A stretch of 64,000 bases of DNA. Origin: an uncultured virus (IMG/VR IMGVR_UViG_3300044675_004257). Its lineage: Duplodnaviria; Heunggongvirae; Uroviricota; Caudoviricetes. Each line of letters opens with the position of its first letter. Positions within the stretch are counted from its first letter, which is position 1. Under the pieces are notes generated by a model that was not told the origin of the DNA, searched no databases, and worked only from the letters and a program-made list of their open reading frames with translations. Location: positions 1 through 64,000 of the IMG/VR virus record IMGVR_UViG_3300044675_004257; one strand, written 5' to 3'. A program made the translations under genes and the position numbers. Shown here piece after piece: positions 9,994-18,769 of this stretch.

Positions 9994-11341
9994 AGAATAT
10001 TTACGCAAGGTTTTACCATTTCTAAAATCAGAATATTTTACAGACAGAAGCGACAAAACATTATACAATGAAATTGCATCATTCACAGAAACTTACAATT
10101 CTACACCAACGGTTGAAGCACTTGTACTGGCCGTCAAAGAAAGGCGAAATCTCTCAGATGAGGAAGTGGAGAAGTGTGAATCTTATTTACAAGAGATTGA
10201 GAAAACTAAAGGTGAAGAATCCAAGGTTCAATGGCTTGTTGACAAGACCGAACAGTTTTGCCAAGAGAAGGCCATTTATAACGCTGTATTGGGGTCTATT
10301 TCAATCCTCGATGGCAAGGACAAAACAAATGACAAAGGTTCGATTCCCAAAATATTATCAGACGCCTTGGCGATAAGTTTTGACAATTCTGTTGGCCACG
10401 ATTATCTTGAAAACTCAGATGAACGATATGATTTCTACCATCGTAAAGAAGAACGAATCCCTTTTGACTTAGAGTTCTTTAACAAAATCACAAAAGGTGG
10501 CTTACCTAATAAGACGCTTAATATTGCTCTTGCCGGAACTGGCGTAGGAAAAAGTTTGTTCATGTGCCATGTGGCTGCAGGCTGCATGGTGCAAGGCAAG
10601 AATGTTCTTTACATCACGATGGAAATGAGTGAAGAAAAGATTGCAGAACGTATTGATGCTAACTTATTGAATGTCACGATTGATGACCTTGTGAGTTTAC
10701 CGAAAGATTTGTATGATAAAAAGATTAATAAACTCCGTGAAAAGACTGTTGGTAAACTTATTATCAAAGAATATCCTACAGCCTCTGCGAGCAGCATACA
10801 TTTTCGCACCTTACTCAATGAGCTCAATCTTAAAAAGTCTTTTGTACCCAATATTATTTTTATTGATTATCTTAATATTTGTTGTTCATCAAGAATCAAG
10901 GCCGGAGCAAACATCAACTCCTATACTTATGTTAAATCCATCGCAGAAGAATTGCGAGGTCTTGCCGTTGAGTTCGGAGTACCTATTGTTTCTGCAACAC
11001 AAACAACAAGAGGTGGCTTTACTTCTTCCGATCCCGGACTCGAAGACACAAGTGAGTCTTTTGGTTTGCCCGCTACAGCAGACTTGATGTTTGCTCTTAT
11101 TTCTTCCGAAGAACTAGAAGAAATGGGACAGATTATGGTAAAACAATTGAAGAATCGTTATAATGATCCAACGCATTTCAAACGATTCACTCTAGGTATT
11201 GATAGGTCGAAAATGAGATTATATGATATTGAACAGTCTAGCCAAGATGGCATCACGGATTCTGGTCAAGATAAACCACTCAACACATTTGGTAACAGAG
11301 AGAAAACACAGAAGAAATCATTCGATGGATTTAAAGTATGA
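9947..11341 (+). CDS. 41: Replicative DNA helicase (T4 gp41-like)
   Basis: AGTGVGKS, IDYLNIC, SATQTTR, ESFGLPATAD and KQLKNRY motifs. Confidence 0.97.
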   Translation: MMKLEQTILKNLIYNEEYLRKVLPFLKSEYFTDRSDKTLYNEIASFTETYNSTPTVEALVLAVKERRNLSDEEVEKCESYLQEIEKTKGEESKVQWLVDKTEQFCQEKAIYNAVLGSISILDGKDKTNDKGSIPKILSDALAISFDNSVGHDYLENSDERYDFYHRKEERIPFDLEFFNKITKGGLPNKTLNIALAGTGVGKSLFMCHVAAGCMVQGKNVLYITMEMSEEKIAERIDANLLNVTIDDLVSLPKDLYDKKINKLREKTVGKLIIKEYPTASASSIHFRTLLNELNLKKSFVPNIIFIDYLNICCSSRIKAGANINSYTYVKSIAEELRGLAVEFGVPIVSATQTTRGGFTSSDPGLEDTSESFGLPATADLMFALISSEELEEMGQIMVKQLKNRYNDPTHFKRFTLGIDRSKMRLYDIEQSSQDGITDSGQDKPLNTFGNREKTQKKSFDGFKV

Positions 11342-12444
11342 AATTAGAATTTAATGATGCAGTTCATTGCGCCAAAGTATTTGAAGATTACTTTGGTAGT
11401 TTTGACCGTATTGATGAGTATATGCGTGACCAAAAGTTGAATTCTTTGGCCGAATTGCCATCCAATCCTTTGTTTCCGATTGAAGATGAGTTGTTTCAAG
11501 ACTTCACAATGAATCCAAAAAATATGAATTTTGAGGTTGTCGAGATTGATAATGAAACTTGGACCAATCTATTGAACATCACTTCATCTCATGTAAACAT
11601 TCCGCCAGTTGGCCGCAATGTTAAACTGGCAGTGCGTGAAACCAATACAGGAAAGTACGTAGGATTCATCCGTCTTGGTTCACCTGTAATCAACTGTAAG
11701 CCACGTAATGATATGCTTGGTCAAGTGTTTACACAAAAACCTGAGTGGGGTAAACGATTCAATAATTCTGCAATGATGGGTTTTGTTATTGTACCTGCAC
11801 AACCATTTGGTTATAATTACCTTGGTGGTAAATTGTTGGCTGCAATCTGCACTTCACATGAAGTACGTGAGATTGTAAATGTAAAGTATGGAATGAACCT
11901 GTGTCTCTTTGAAACAACTTCTTTGTATGGTAGTTCAAAGACTGTATCGCAATATGATGGTATGAAACCATATATCAGATATAAAGGTCTGACAGATTCC
12001 GATTTTCTTCCTATGATGCATGGTAAACCTTATTCTGACCTACGTGATTTCGTACAAGATAAAGTCGGACCTTTGGTTGAAGATGTTGCTTCTAGTAAGA
12101 AACTGAAAATCTCTATGAAGATTATTTCTCTCACTAAGGCTGCACTTAAAGGTACACCTGAAGGGGATACATTCATAGCAACGATTGGGAAAGCAAAAGG
12201 GTTGACAGAGCAAAAAAGATATTACACCAGTGACTATGGCTTTAAAAACATGGTTGACTATGTAAACTGTAAGACGGACGTGCTTATTCCTGGTGAAAAC
12301 TATGAAAAACACAATCTGGTAAACTTGATTGAATGGTGGCGAAATAAGGCTTGCAATCGGTATGAAACTCTGTATAATGAGAAACGGTTAAAAACCGAAC
12401 TAGAGATTTGGACTTCCGGAAAGGAGATTCAAATCATAAGATAA
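11338..12444 (+). CDS. DUF4338-like protein (possible GNAT/Mom-like fold)
   Basis: VGR..AV..GKYVGFIRLGSP, PFGYNYLGGKLLA and ETTSLYG motifs; family recognised from memory. Confidence 0.6.
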   Translation: MKLEFNDAVHCAKVFEDYFGSFDRIDEYMRDQKLNSLAELPSNPLFPIEDELFQDFTMNPKNMNFEVVEIDNETWTNLLNITSSHVNIPPVGRNVKLAVRETNTGKYVGFIRLGSPVINCKPRNDMLGQVFTQKPEWGKRFNNSAMMGFVIVPAQPFGYNYLGGKLLAAICTSHEVREIVNVKYGMNLCLFETTSLYGSSKTVSQYDGMKPYIRYKGLTDSDFLPMMHGKPYSDLRDFVQDKVGPLVEDVASSKKLKISMKIISLTKAALKGTPEGDTFIATIGKAKGLTEQKRYYTSDYGFKNMVDYVNCKTDVLIPGENYEKHNLVNLIEWWRNKACNRYETLYNEKRLKTELEIWTSGKEIQIIR

Positions 12445-12466
12445 ATACTTTCTTTGAAGGTGTTAA

Positions 12467-13543
12467 ATGGCTTATACTTTTTTCCCAAAGACTGCAACGG
12501 AAATCAAGCAAACTCTAAAGGGTGACAAAGCAAAGATAGAAGATATAATCAATATCTTTGCTTATCTAAAATCAAAATTTCCAAAAGTTGAAACTCCAAT
12601 CAATGTTGATCCTGCATCAATTGCTAAGATTAATGTTACAAGAGATTTACAAACGGATATTGACCTTGCTAAAATAAAAAGAGAAGCAAAGGTAACTAAA
12701 ATTACCATGAAATTTGGTTCTGGATCATCTGGCGGCCGAGGTGTACAGAATAAAGGTAATGCATATGAGGGAGAACTTGCTGATGCATTGAGACAATGGT
12801 GGAAAGGTGAAAAGATAACCGACACAAAATTACTTCAAGCAGTTGATGATATAGTTAAACTTCATAAACTGAATAAATGTAAAAATCTAGAAGTTAAAGA
12901 GGTTGGTGAATTAAACAACAAAAGACCTTTTATATTCTCACCACAAGTTTTAATTTCATCTAAAATTCCTGTACGTGATAACAATCTGGGGCCCGTTGTT
13001 ACCGACATTACATTAATTTGTGATAAGAAAGAAATCTTCCTAAGCTTGAAAACTGGCGGCACTGTTACCTTTTTCAACTCAGGCATCCGTACAGTTCTTT
13101 CACCAGCAGAAATCAAATCTGGTAAAATTACAAATAAAGATGGTTTAAAAATTCTTAATATGTTTAATATCAACGATGCATTGTTTTGTGATATCTACAA
13201 TGGTAAATTAAAAAAAGGTTATGTTGAAGATGTTTGGAAAACAATGTCATCAAAACAGAAGAATGAATTGAAAAACTTTTTGATTTCTGGTGTTGGCCAT
13301 GGTTATACTATCGTACATAAACTGACGGGTAAAACCGAAGTGTATGAAATTGATAAAGATTATATGACTTCGGCAGCAACGCCAAACTCATGTAATGTAT
13401 ACTATGGTGGTAAATCTGGTACAGGTAAGCGTATTGACATGGAAATAGAAACGGGTCATTACATTCTTAAACTAAACATACGTGATACACAAGGTGGTGA
13501 TGGTTATCCTACCCGTATGATGTGTGACTACTCTTACAAATAA
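12467..13543 (+). CDS. Putative PD-(D/E)XK-type nuclease
   Basis: NKGNAYE...TDITL...FLSLK spacing; ATAAATA late-promoter-like site at 12441. Confidence 0.5.
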   Translation: MAYTFFPKTATEIKQTLKGDKAKIEDIINIFAYLKSKFPKVETPINVDPASIAKINVTRDLQTDIDLAKIKREAKVTKITMKFGSGSSGGRGVQNKGNAYEGELADALRQWWKGEKITDTKLLQAVDDIVKLHKLNKCKNLEVKEVGELNNKRPFIFSPQVLISSKIPVRDNNLGPVVTDITLICDKKEIFLSLKTGGTVTFFNSGIRTVLSPAEIKSGKITNKDGLKILNMFNINDALFCDIYNGKLKKGYVEDVWKTMSSKQKNELKNFLISGVGHGYTIVHKLTGKTEVYEIDKDYMTSAATPNSCNVYYGGKSGTGKRIDMEIETGHYILKLNIRDTQGGDGYPTRMMCDYSYK

Positions 13544-13845
13544 TGGCACTAACAGATTTTGATAAAATACTAAAACAGTATGAGGACACCGAAAATGATT
13601 TCGGGTTCTCTGCTATTTCAGAACAGGAATATAATTCCACAATTAAAGAGAGTGTACAGACCGTTGAGAATTACAAAGTTAATTTGACAGAAACGGAAAG
13701 ACGCTTGGCTGAACTTGAGAAGATGATTATCCCTTTCCTAAAGAAACTACATAGTACAGGAGATAAAGAATATATCTACTGGCCTAATCGTAAACCAGCA
13801 ATTGAAAAACAAATTGAGGCAATTTTAAAATTAACTAGAGGATGA
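13543..13845 (+). CDS. Conserved hypothetical phage protein
   Basis: DFGFSA..., EYIYWPNR. Confidence 0.7.
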   Translation: MALTDFDKILKQYEDTENDFGFSAISEQEYNSTIKESVQTVENYKVNLTETERRLAELEKMIIPFLKKLHSTGDKEYIYWPNRKPAIEKQIEAILKLTRG

Positions 13846-13851
13846 TAAATT

Positions 13852-14571
13852 ATGAAACCGTTAGTGACTGTGATTACACCTACAACAGGTGCACCGTATC
13901 TACGACAAGCGATAGAGTCGGTTAAAAATCAAACTTATGATAACATTCAACACTTAGTTGTTGTAGATGGTCAACCAAAAGGTCGTGTTATTGCTAGAGA
14001 ATATCCACATATTGACCTAATAGACCTCCCATACCCAACAGGAACCGACCGGTTCAACGGACACCGAATCTATGGTGCATCAGTCTACCTTGCAAAAGGT
14101 GACCTGGTTTGTTTCTTGGATGAGGATAATTACTATGATTACACACATATTGAATCTCTTGTGGATGTAATCCAAAGAGGTAATGATTGGGCTTATTCTT
14201 TACGTAAGATTGTAGACAAAGATGGTAATCATGTATGTTTGGATGATTGTGAATCATTAGGTAAATGGGAATCTTGCATTGGTGACTACTTTGTTGACGT
14301 TGGTTGTTTCTTTCTACCAAAGATGATTGCAATTCAAACAAGTCCAATCTGGTATCGTAAGGCAAGAGAACCTGGAGTACCAGAAGTTGATAGAATGTTA
14401 ACTCATGTATTGAGAAACAACAACTTGAAATATGACACTAATGCAAATTACAGTTTGAACTATCGTACAGGTAACACACAGTTATCAGTACAATCCGAAT
14501 TCTTCTTACAAGGAAATAAGAAGATGCTTGAAAAATATAATGGAGATTTACCATGGACAAAAAAGACCTGA
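13852..14571 (+). CDS. Glycosyltransferase family 2
   Basis: VTVITPT, AIESVKNQTY, VVVDG and FLDEDN motifs. Confidence 0.9.
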   Translation: MKPLVTVITPTTGAPYLRQAIESVKNQTYDNIQHLVVVDGQPKGRVIAREYPHIDLIDLPYPTGTDRFNGHRIYGASVYLAKGDLVCFLDEDNYYDYTHIESLVDVIQRGNDWAYSLRKIVDKDGNHVCLDDCESLGKWESCIGDYFVDVGCFFLPKMIAIQTSPIWYRKAREPGVPEVDRMLTHVLRNNNLKYDTNANYSLNYRTGNTQLSVQSEFFLQGNKKMLEKYNGDLPWTKKT

Positions 14572-15413
14572 TTATAGGTGCATTTAAAAACTATAACTAC
14601 GAACAAGTCAAACCTTGGATCGAATCAATTAACGAATGTGGTTTTACCGGCGACAAAGTTCTAATTGCGATTGATTCATCAGAAGAAACAATCAACAATA
14701 TTAGACAAGCCGGATTCACTGCAATATCCGCACAATCCATGACAGGCGCAATGTTTCACATGGAACGATTTATTCATATCTATGATTATCTGAAAAAACA
14801 TAGTGGTCAATATCGTTATGTTGTAAGTACAGATGTACGTGATGTAATCTTTCAAAACGATCCAATGGAATATTTGTCTCATATACTGACAGCAAATTCT
14901 GGTTATGATTTGATTGGTGTGTCTGAATGTATACTAGTTAAAAATGAACATTGGAATCGTGACAACATTTTAAAATGTTTTGGTACATATTTCTATGAAG
15001 AAGTTAAAGACTATGAGGTTTTAAATGTTGGTACGTTAGCTGGCAAGGCACATGTTATTTCTGATTTGTGTGGTATGTTATACCAACTATCTTTGAATAG
15101 AGCAGATTGGGTTGCCGACCAAGCTGCATATAATGTTTTAATGGGTTGGTATCCATATGTTGATATAACATACATCAGTGGTTTAAATGATGGATTCTGT
15201 TGTAACTTACATGTAACAAATAAACCAATTGAGAAAGACCAATTTGCACCATTCATTACAGAAAAACATCCAATCTTTGAAGATGGTGTAATGAAAACTG
15301 GTGATGGTCAACCATACTACATTGTACACCAATATGACCGAGATCCAGAATTGAAGAAATTTTATCATGATAAGTATAAGGTTGAAGAATTAATTACTTT
15401 TAGGACAACATAA
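14553..15413 (+). CDS. GT-A fold glycosyltransferase
   Basis: TDVRDVIFQ, LNVG, DQAAYN and IVHQYDR motifs. Confidence 0.75.
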   Translation: MDKKDLIIGAFKNYNYEQVKPWIESINECGFTGDKVLIAIDSSEETINNIRQAGFTAISAQSMTGAMFHMERFIHIYDYLKKHSGQYRYVVSTDVRDVIFQNDPMEYLSHILTANSGYDLIGVSECILVKNEHWNRDNILKCFGTYFYEEVKDYEVLNVGTLAGKAHVISDLCGMLYQLSLNRADWVADQAAYNVLMGWYPYVDITYISGLNDGFCCNLHVTNKPIEKDQFAPFITEKHPIFEDGVMKTGDGQPYYIVHQYDRDPELKKFYHDKYKVEELITFRTT

Positions 15414-16216
15414 TGATTACTATTGTTACTGCTTTTTATGACATTGGCCGTGGAGAATGGACACCAGACAAAGGCCTACCACATTATCTACAAAGAACTA
15501 CTGATACATACATTGAACGTTTTTCACACATGGCTCAAATGGAAAATGAGATGGTTGTATTCTCTACACCAGACATTATTGAGAAACTGAAACCTTTGCG
15601 TGGCGACAGACCAACAAAATTTGTTTCGTTTGATATTTTTAGTAAGTATGCAGACTTGATTAAAGATGTTAATAACATTCAGAAAACTGATGCATTTCAA
15701 AATTTAATTATTCCAGAACAGCGAGCAAATCCAGAATATTGGAATGCACATTATGTTGTTGTTAACTTTCTCAAGTCGGTGTTTGTCAATCTAGCAATCA
15801 AAAACAATATGGTTAGTAATGAATTAGTTTCTTGGTTGGATTTTGGTTATTGCCGCACGGCAGAGAAAGTTCCTGCAAGCAAGAAATGGTCTTATGATTT
15901 TGATGTTAATAAGATGCATCTATTCAATTATAAAGAATATGATGACAAACCTATACATGAAATCATTGCAACAAACGATGTTTACATTCTTGGTGCAAAG
16001 ATTGTTGGTGGTGTAACAGCATGGCCTAAATTCGAATCTGCGATGAAAGAATGTTTGATTGAATTGGGTACGAATGGTTTGATTGATGATGACCAAACAC
16101 TTATGTTAATGTCATCAATCAAATATCCGGAATTATTTGAACTACATAAGATTCCAGACCACCAACTCGGACTTGATCCGTTTGTTATTTTTAGTGACTT
16201 TAATAAAGAGGTATGA
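15413..16216 (+). CDS. HtrL/YibB-family glycosyltransferase-like protein
   Basis: ITIVTAFYDIGRG, WLDFGYCR and DDDQT motifs. Confidence 0.82.
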   Translation: MITIVTAFYDIGRGEWTPDKGLPHYLQRTTDTYIERFSHMAQMENEMVVFSTPDIIEKLKPLRGDRPTKFVSFDIFSKYADLIKDVNNIQKTDAFQNLIIPEQRANPEYWNAHYVVVNFLKSVFVNLAIKNNMVSNELVSWLDFGYCRTAEKVPASKKWSYDFDVNKMHLFNYKEYDDKPIHEIIATNDVYILGAKIVGGVTAWPKFESAMKECLIELGTNGLIDDDQTLMLMSSIKYPELFELHKIPDHQLGLDPFVIFSDFNKEV

Positions 16217-16217
16217 T

Positions 16218-16781
16218 ATGAGTGATATAATTAAATTTAATACTGCAACACAAGCATTTGGTGTTGAGCGTGGAGTAACCAAGTGTTCGGGTTATGGACT
16301 TGGTGAATTGACCAAAGGCATGAAAAAAGGTTTAGAGATTGGTTGTTCTGAGGCACACACCTCAAAGTTTCTATTGGACACCAATCCAGAATTGACCTTA
16401 TATTCAATTGATCCTTATGTTGCATACACGGACTGGAACGGTAATGTATTGAATGACCGAGAAGAATTCTTTCAACGGGTGACTAAAGAGATGGCGGTAT
16501 ATGGCCAACGATTTGTTTTGTTTAGAGATTTTTCGGACAATGTTGTTGACCGGTTCAACGATGGAGAATTTGATTTCATCTTCATTGATGGATTACACAC
16601 CTACGAACAATTAACAAAAGATTGTCATAACTACTATCCTAAAGTCAAAAAAGGTGGTATATTCTCTGGCCATGACTATCAAACTATTCCTGGTGTCAAT
16701 AAAGCCGTTGGCGAATTTGCACCAACTAAAACCGACAAAGTTCTTACAACTGAATGTGATGTTTGGTACTGGTACAAATGA
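16218..16781 (+). CDS. Class I SAM methyltransferase (Methyltransf_24-like)
   Basis: LEIG, SIDPY, DFIFIDGLHTYE and GGIFSGHDY motifs. Confidence 0.88.
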   Translation: MSDIIKFNTATQAFGVERGVTKCSGYGLGELTKGMKKGLEIGCSEAHTSKFLLDTNPELTLYSIDPYVAYTDWNGNVLNDREEFFQRVTKEMAVYGQRFVLFRDFSDNVVDRFNDGEFDFIFIDGLHTYEQLTKDCHNYYPKVKKGGIFSGHDYQTIPGVNKAVGEFAPTKTDKVLTTECDVWYWYK

Positions 16782-17452
16782 AATCAATTTTTATCATAAC
16801 ATCTTGTTTGATACCTGCAATTGGTGTCTTTAGTCCAGAAGAACGTCTGAAACAAACACTAGAGACTGTTGATTCTATTAGAAATAAATCTCCAGATTCA
16901 TTCATCGTACTTTCCGATGTATCAATACAATCATTGACAGACCAGTATTCAGAACTTGTTTCTAAGGTTGACTTGTTCTTAAATTTGAATCAAGTTGATT
17001 TTTTACTACACTTTACCAAAAACGGAATGAAAAGCCAAGGTGAATGTGCGATGATGCATGTTGTATTAGACTATCTAAAACAGAATTCGGAATTATTAGA
17101 AGGTGTTGACCGCATATTTAAAATAACTGGTCGTCTACAACTTGATGATGGTTTTGATATTAATCACTATGATGGATTGAATGGTAAATACGTATTCAAG
17201 GAACGCATACCAACGTGGATGAGTGAACCTATTCACGGAGCAACTCATGTTTTTGATACTCGCCTTTGGTCTATGTGTACGTCTTTGATTGATACTCATA
17301 AACAAGCCTTAGAAAAAGTGTTCCCTCTATTAGGTCCAATAGACTTGGAACACGCATATTTTGCCGTTTTAGATAAAGAAAAAGTAGTAGAATTTGATAG
17401 AGTGTATTGCAGGGGCCAAGTGGCCTCAACGGGTGAGTGGAAATTTGATTGA
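16778..17452 (+). CDS. Hypothetical protein in glycosylation cluster
   Basis: ERLKQT..., FKITGR; coupled to the methyltransferase. Confidence 0.65.
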   Translation: MKSIFIITSCLIPAIGVFSPEERLKQTLETVDSIRNKSPDSFIVLSDVSIQSLTDQYSELVSKVDLFLNLNQVDFLLHFTKNGMKSQGECAMMHVVLDYLKQNSELLEGVDRIFKITGRLQLDDGFDINHYDGLNGKYVFKERIPTWMSEPIHGATHVFDTRLWSMCTSLIDTHKQALEKVFPLLGPIDLEHAYFAVLDKEKVVEFDRVYCRGQVASTGEWKFD

Positions 17453-17481
17453 TATAGAGTACTATATATCTAAGCCAAGAT

Positions 17482-17522
17482 TTGACAGATTTGTGAATCT
17501 GTGGTATAATCCATTATAAATA
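17482..17522 (+). promoter_or_regulatory. Tandem sigma70 promoter and T4 late promoter
   Basis: TTGACA-17-TATAAT (17482-17510) followed by TATAAATA (17515-17522). Confidence 0.8.
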
Positions 17523-17566
17523 ACCCTACAGACAACCAAAGTGTGTTGTAATTCAATAGGTAGACA

Positions 17567-18769
17567 ATGTTATCATTCAAAACTTTTTTAACAGAGCAAG
17601 AGGATCCTGAAGAAGGCGCCAGCCGTCAGATTAAACATTTGACGCATGTGGAAGACCGTCCTCTACAAAATGGTGAAAAAGGTGCGGCACATGCCATCAA
17701 ATCATTGTCAGCTGCAGCAGAACACATTAAGGCTGGTAATAAATCATCCGAACTAACCACAAAATATGATGGTTCACCAGCACTTGTTTATGGTCATCAT
17801 CCAAAGACTGGTAAATTCTTTGTTGCATCAAAGTCCGCTTTCAATAAGACACCAAAGATTAACTACACACCAAAAGATGTAGATATGAATCATGGCCACG
17901 CACCTGGTCTGGCCGCAAAACTAAAAGATGCACTAACACATTTACCTAAGATTGCACCTAAGAGTGGTGTGTATCAAGGTGATATGATGTTTGGTACAGA
18001 CAAAGAAGATAAGAAAACTGAAAAGGGTGGCGGTACATCATTTCATCCAAATCCTTCTGGTCTAACATATACTGCACACGGAACACACGAAGGTGGAGTT
18101 AAGAAGGCAAAAATTGGTGTTGTAACACACTTATCATATCAAGGTAAAGATGCTGCAAGTCTAAATGCATCACATGAAGTAGACCACGAAAACTTCAATA
18201 AACACTCTGATGTATTCTCTGTTGATCCAAGAATGGACACATCAAAGGTGCATTTCAGTCCAGAAGAACAAAAGAAATTCACTAAACATATTACTGCAGC
18301 TCAAGCAGTACATGATACACATGGCGGTGACATGTATGCTGGTACTAGTGAACACCATGGTGTTGGTGGTTCATTAGAAACTTATATTAATCACACTGTA
18401 CGTACAGGTGAAGAATCTAACCATAAAAACTTTAAGTCTTGGTTGGAAACAAACAAAAATAAAGCAATCGACAAACTTAAAGTCGAAAAGAACAAGAAGG
18501 TCAAACAATCAGCTTTAAAAGATGAATTGGGTAAAGTTGAACGTAATAAAAAACATTACAACAATCTTTTCAAAATGCATGGTGAGTTACAGAAGGCTAA
18601 AGATACACTTATTGGTGTTATGAATCAACACCAAGAATTTCAACACACACACGGCGGAGAATCTGCGAATCCTGAAGGATATGTTTTTCATCACGGTAAA
18701 GAATCTGATAAGTTAGTTAACCGTGCGGAATTCTCTCGTAGAAATTTTGCTGGAATAAGAAACATATGA
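17567..18769 (+). CDS. Ligase-like nucleotidyltransferase (DUF6267-like) with capsid-targeting-like N-terminus
   Basis: KYDGS (motif I), YQGD (III), EGYVF (IV) and KLVNR (V); starts MLSFKTFLTE. Confidence 0.65.
   Translation: MLSFKTFLTEQEDPEEGASRQIKHLTHVEDRPLQNGEKGAAHAIKSLSAAAEHIKAGNKSSELTTKYDGSPALVYGHHPKTGKFFVASKSAFNKTPKINYTPKDVDMNHGHAPGLAAKLKDALTHLPKIAPKSGVYQGDMMFGTDKEDKKTEKGGGTSFHPNPSGLTYTAHGTHEGGVKKAKIGVVTHLSYQGKDAASLNASHEVDHENFNKHSDVFSVDPRMDTSKVHFSPEEQKKFTKHITAAQAVHDTHGGDMYAGTSEHHGVGGSLETYINHTVRTGEESNHKNFKSWLETNKNKAIDKLKVEKNKKVKQSALKDELGKVERNKKHYNNLFKMHGELQKAKDTLIGVMNQHQEFQHTHGGESANPEGYVFHHGKESDKLVNRAEFSRRNFAGIRNI

Noticed and set aside
11338..12444. Druantia defence system
   Set aside because: Only a lone DUF4338-like gene is present, in a phage replication operon, with no DruE-type helicase or other components.
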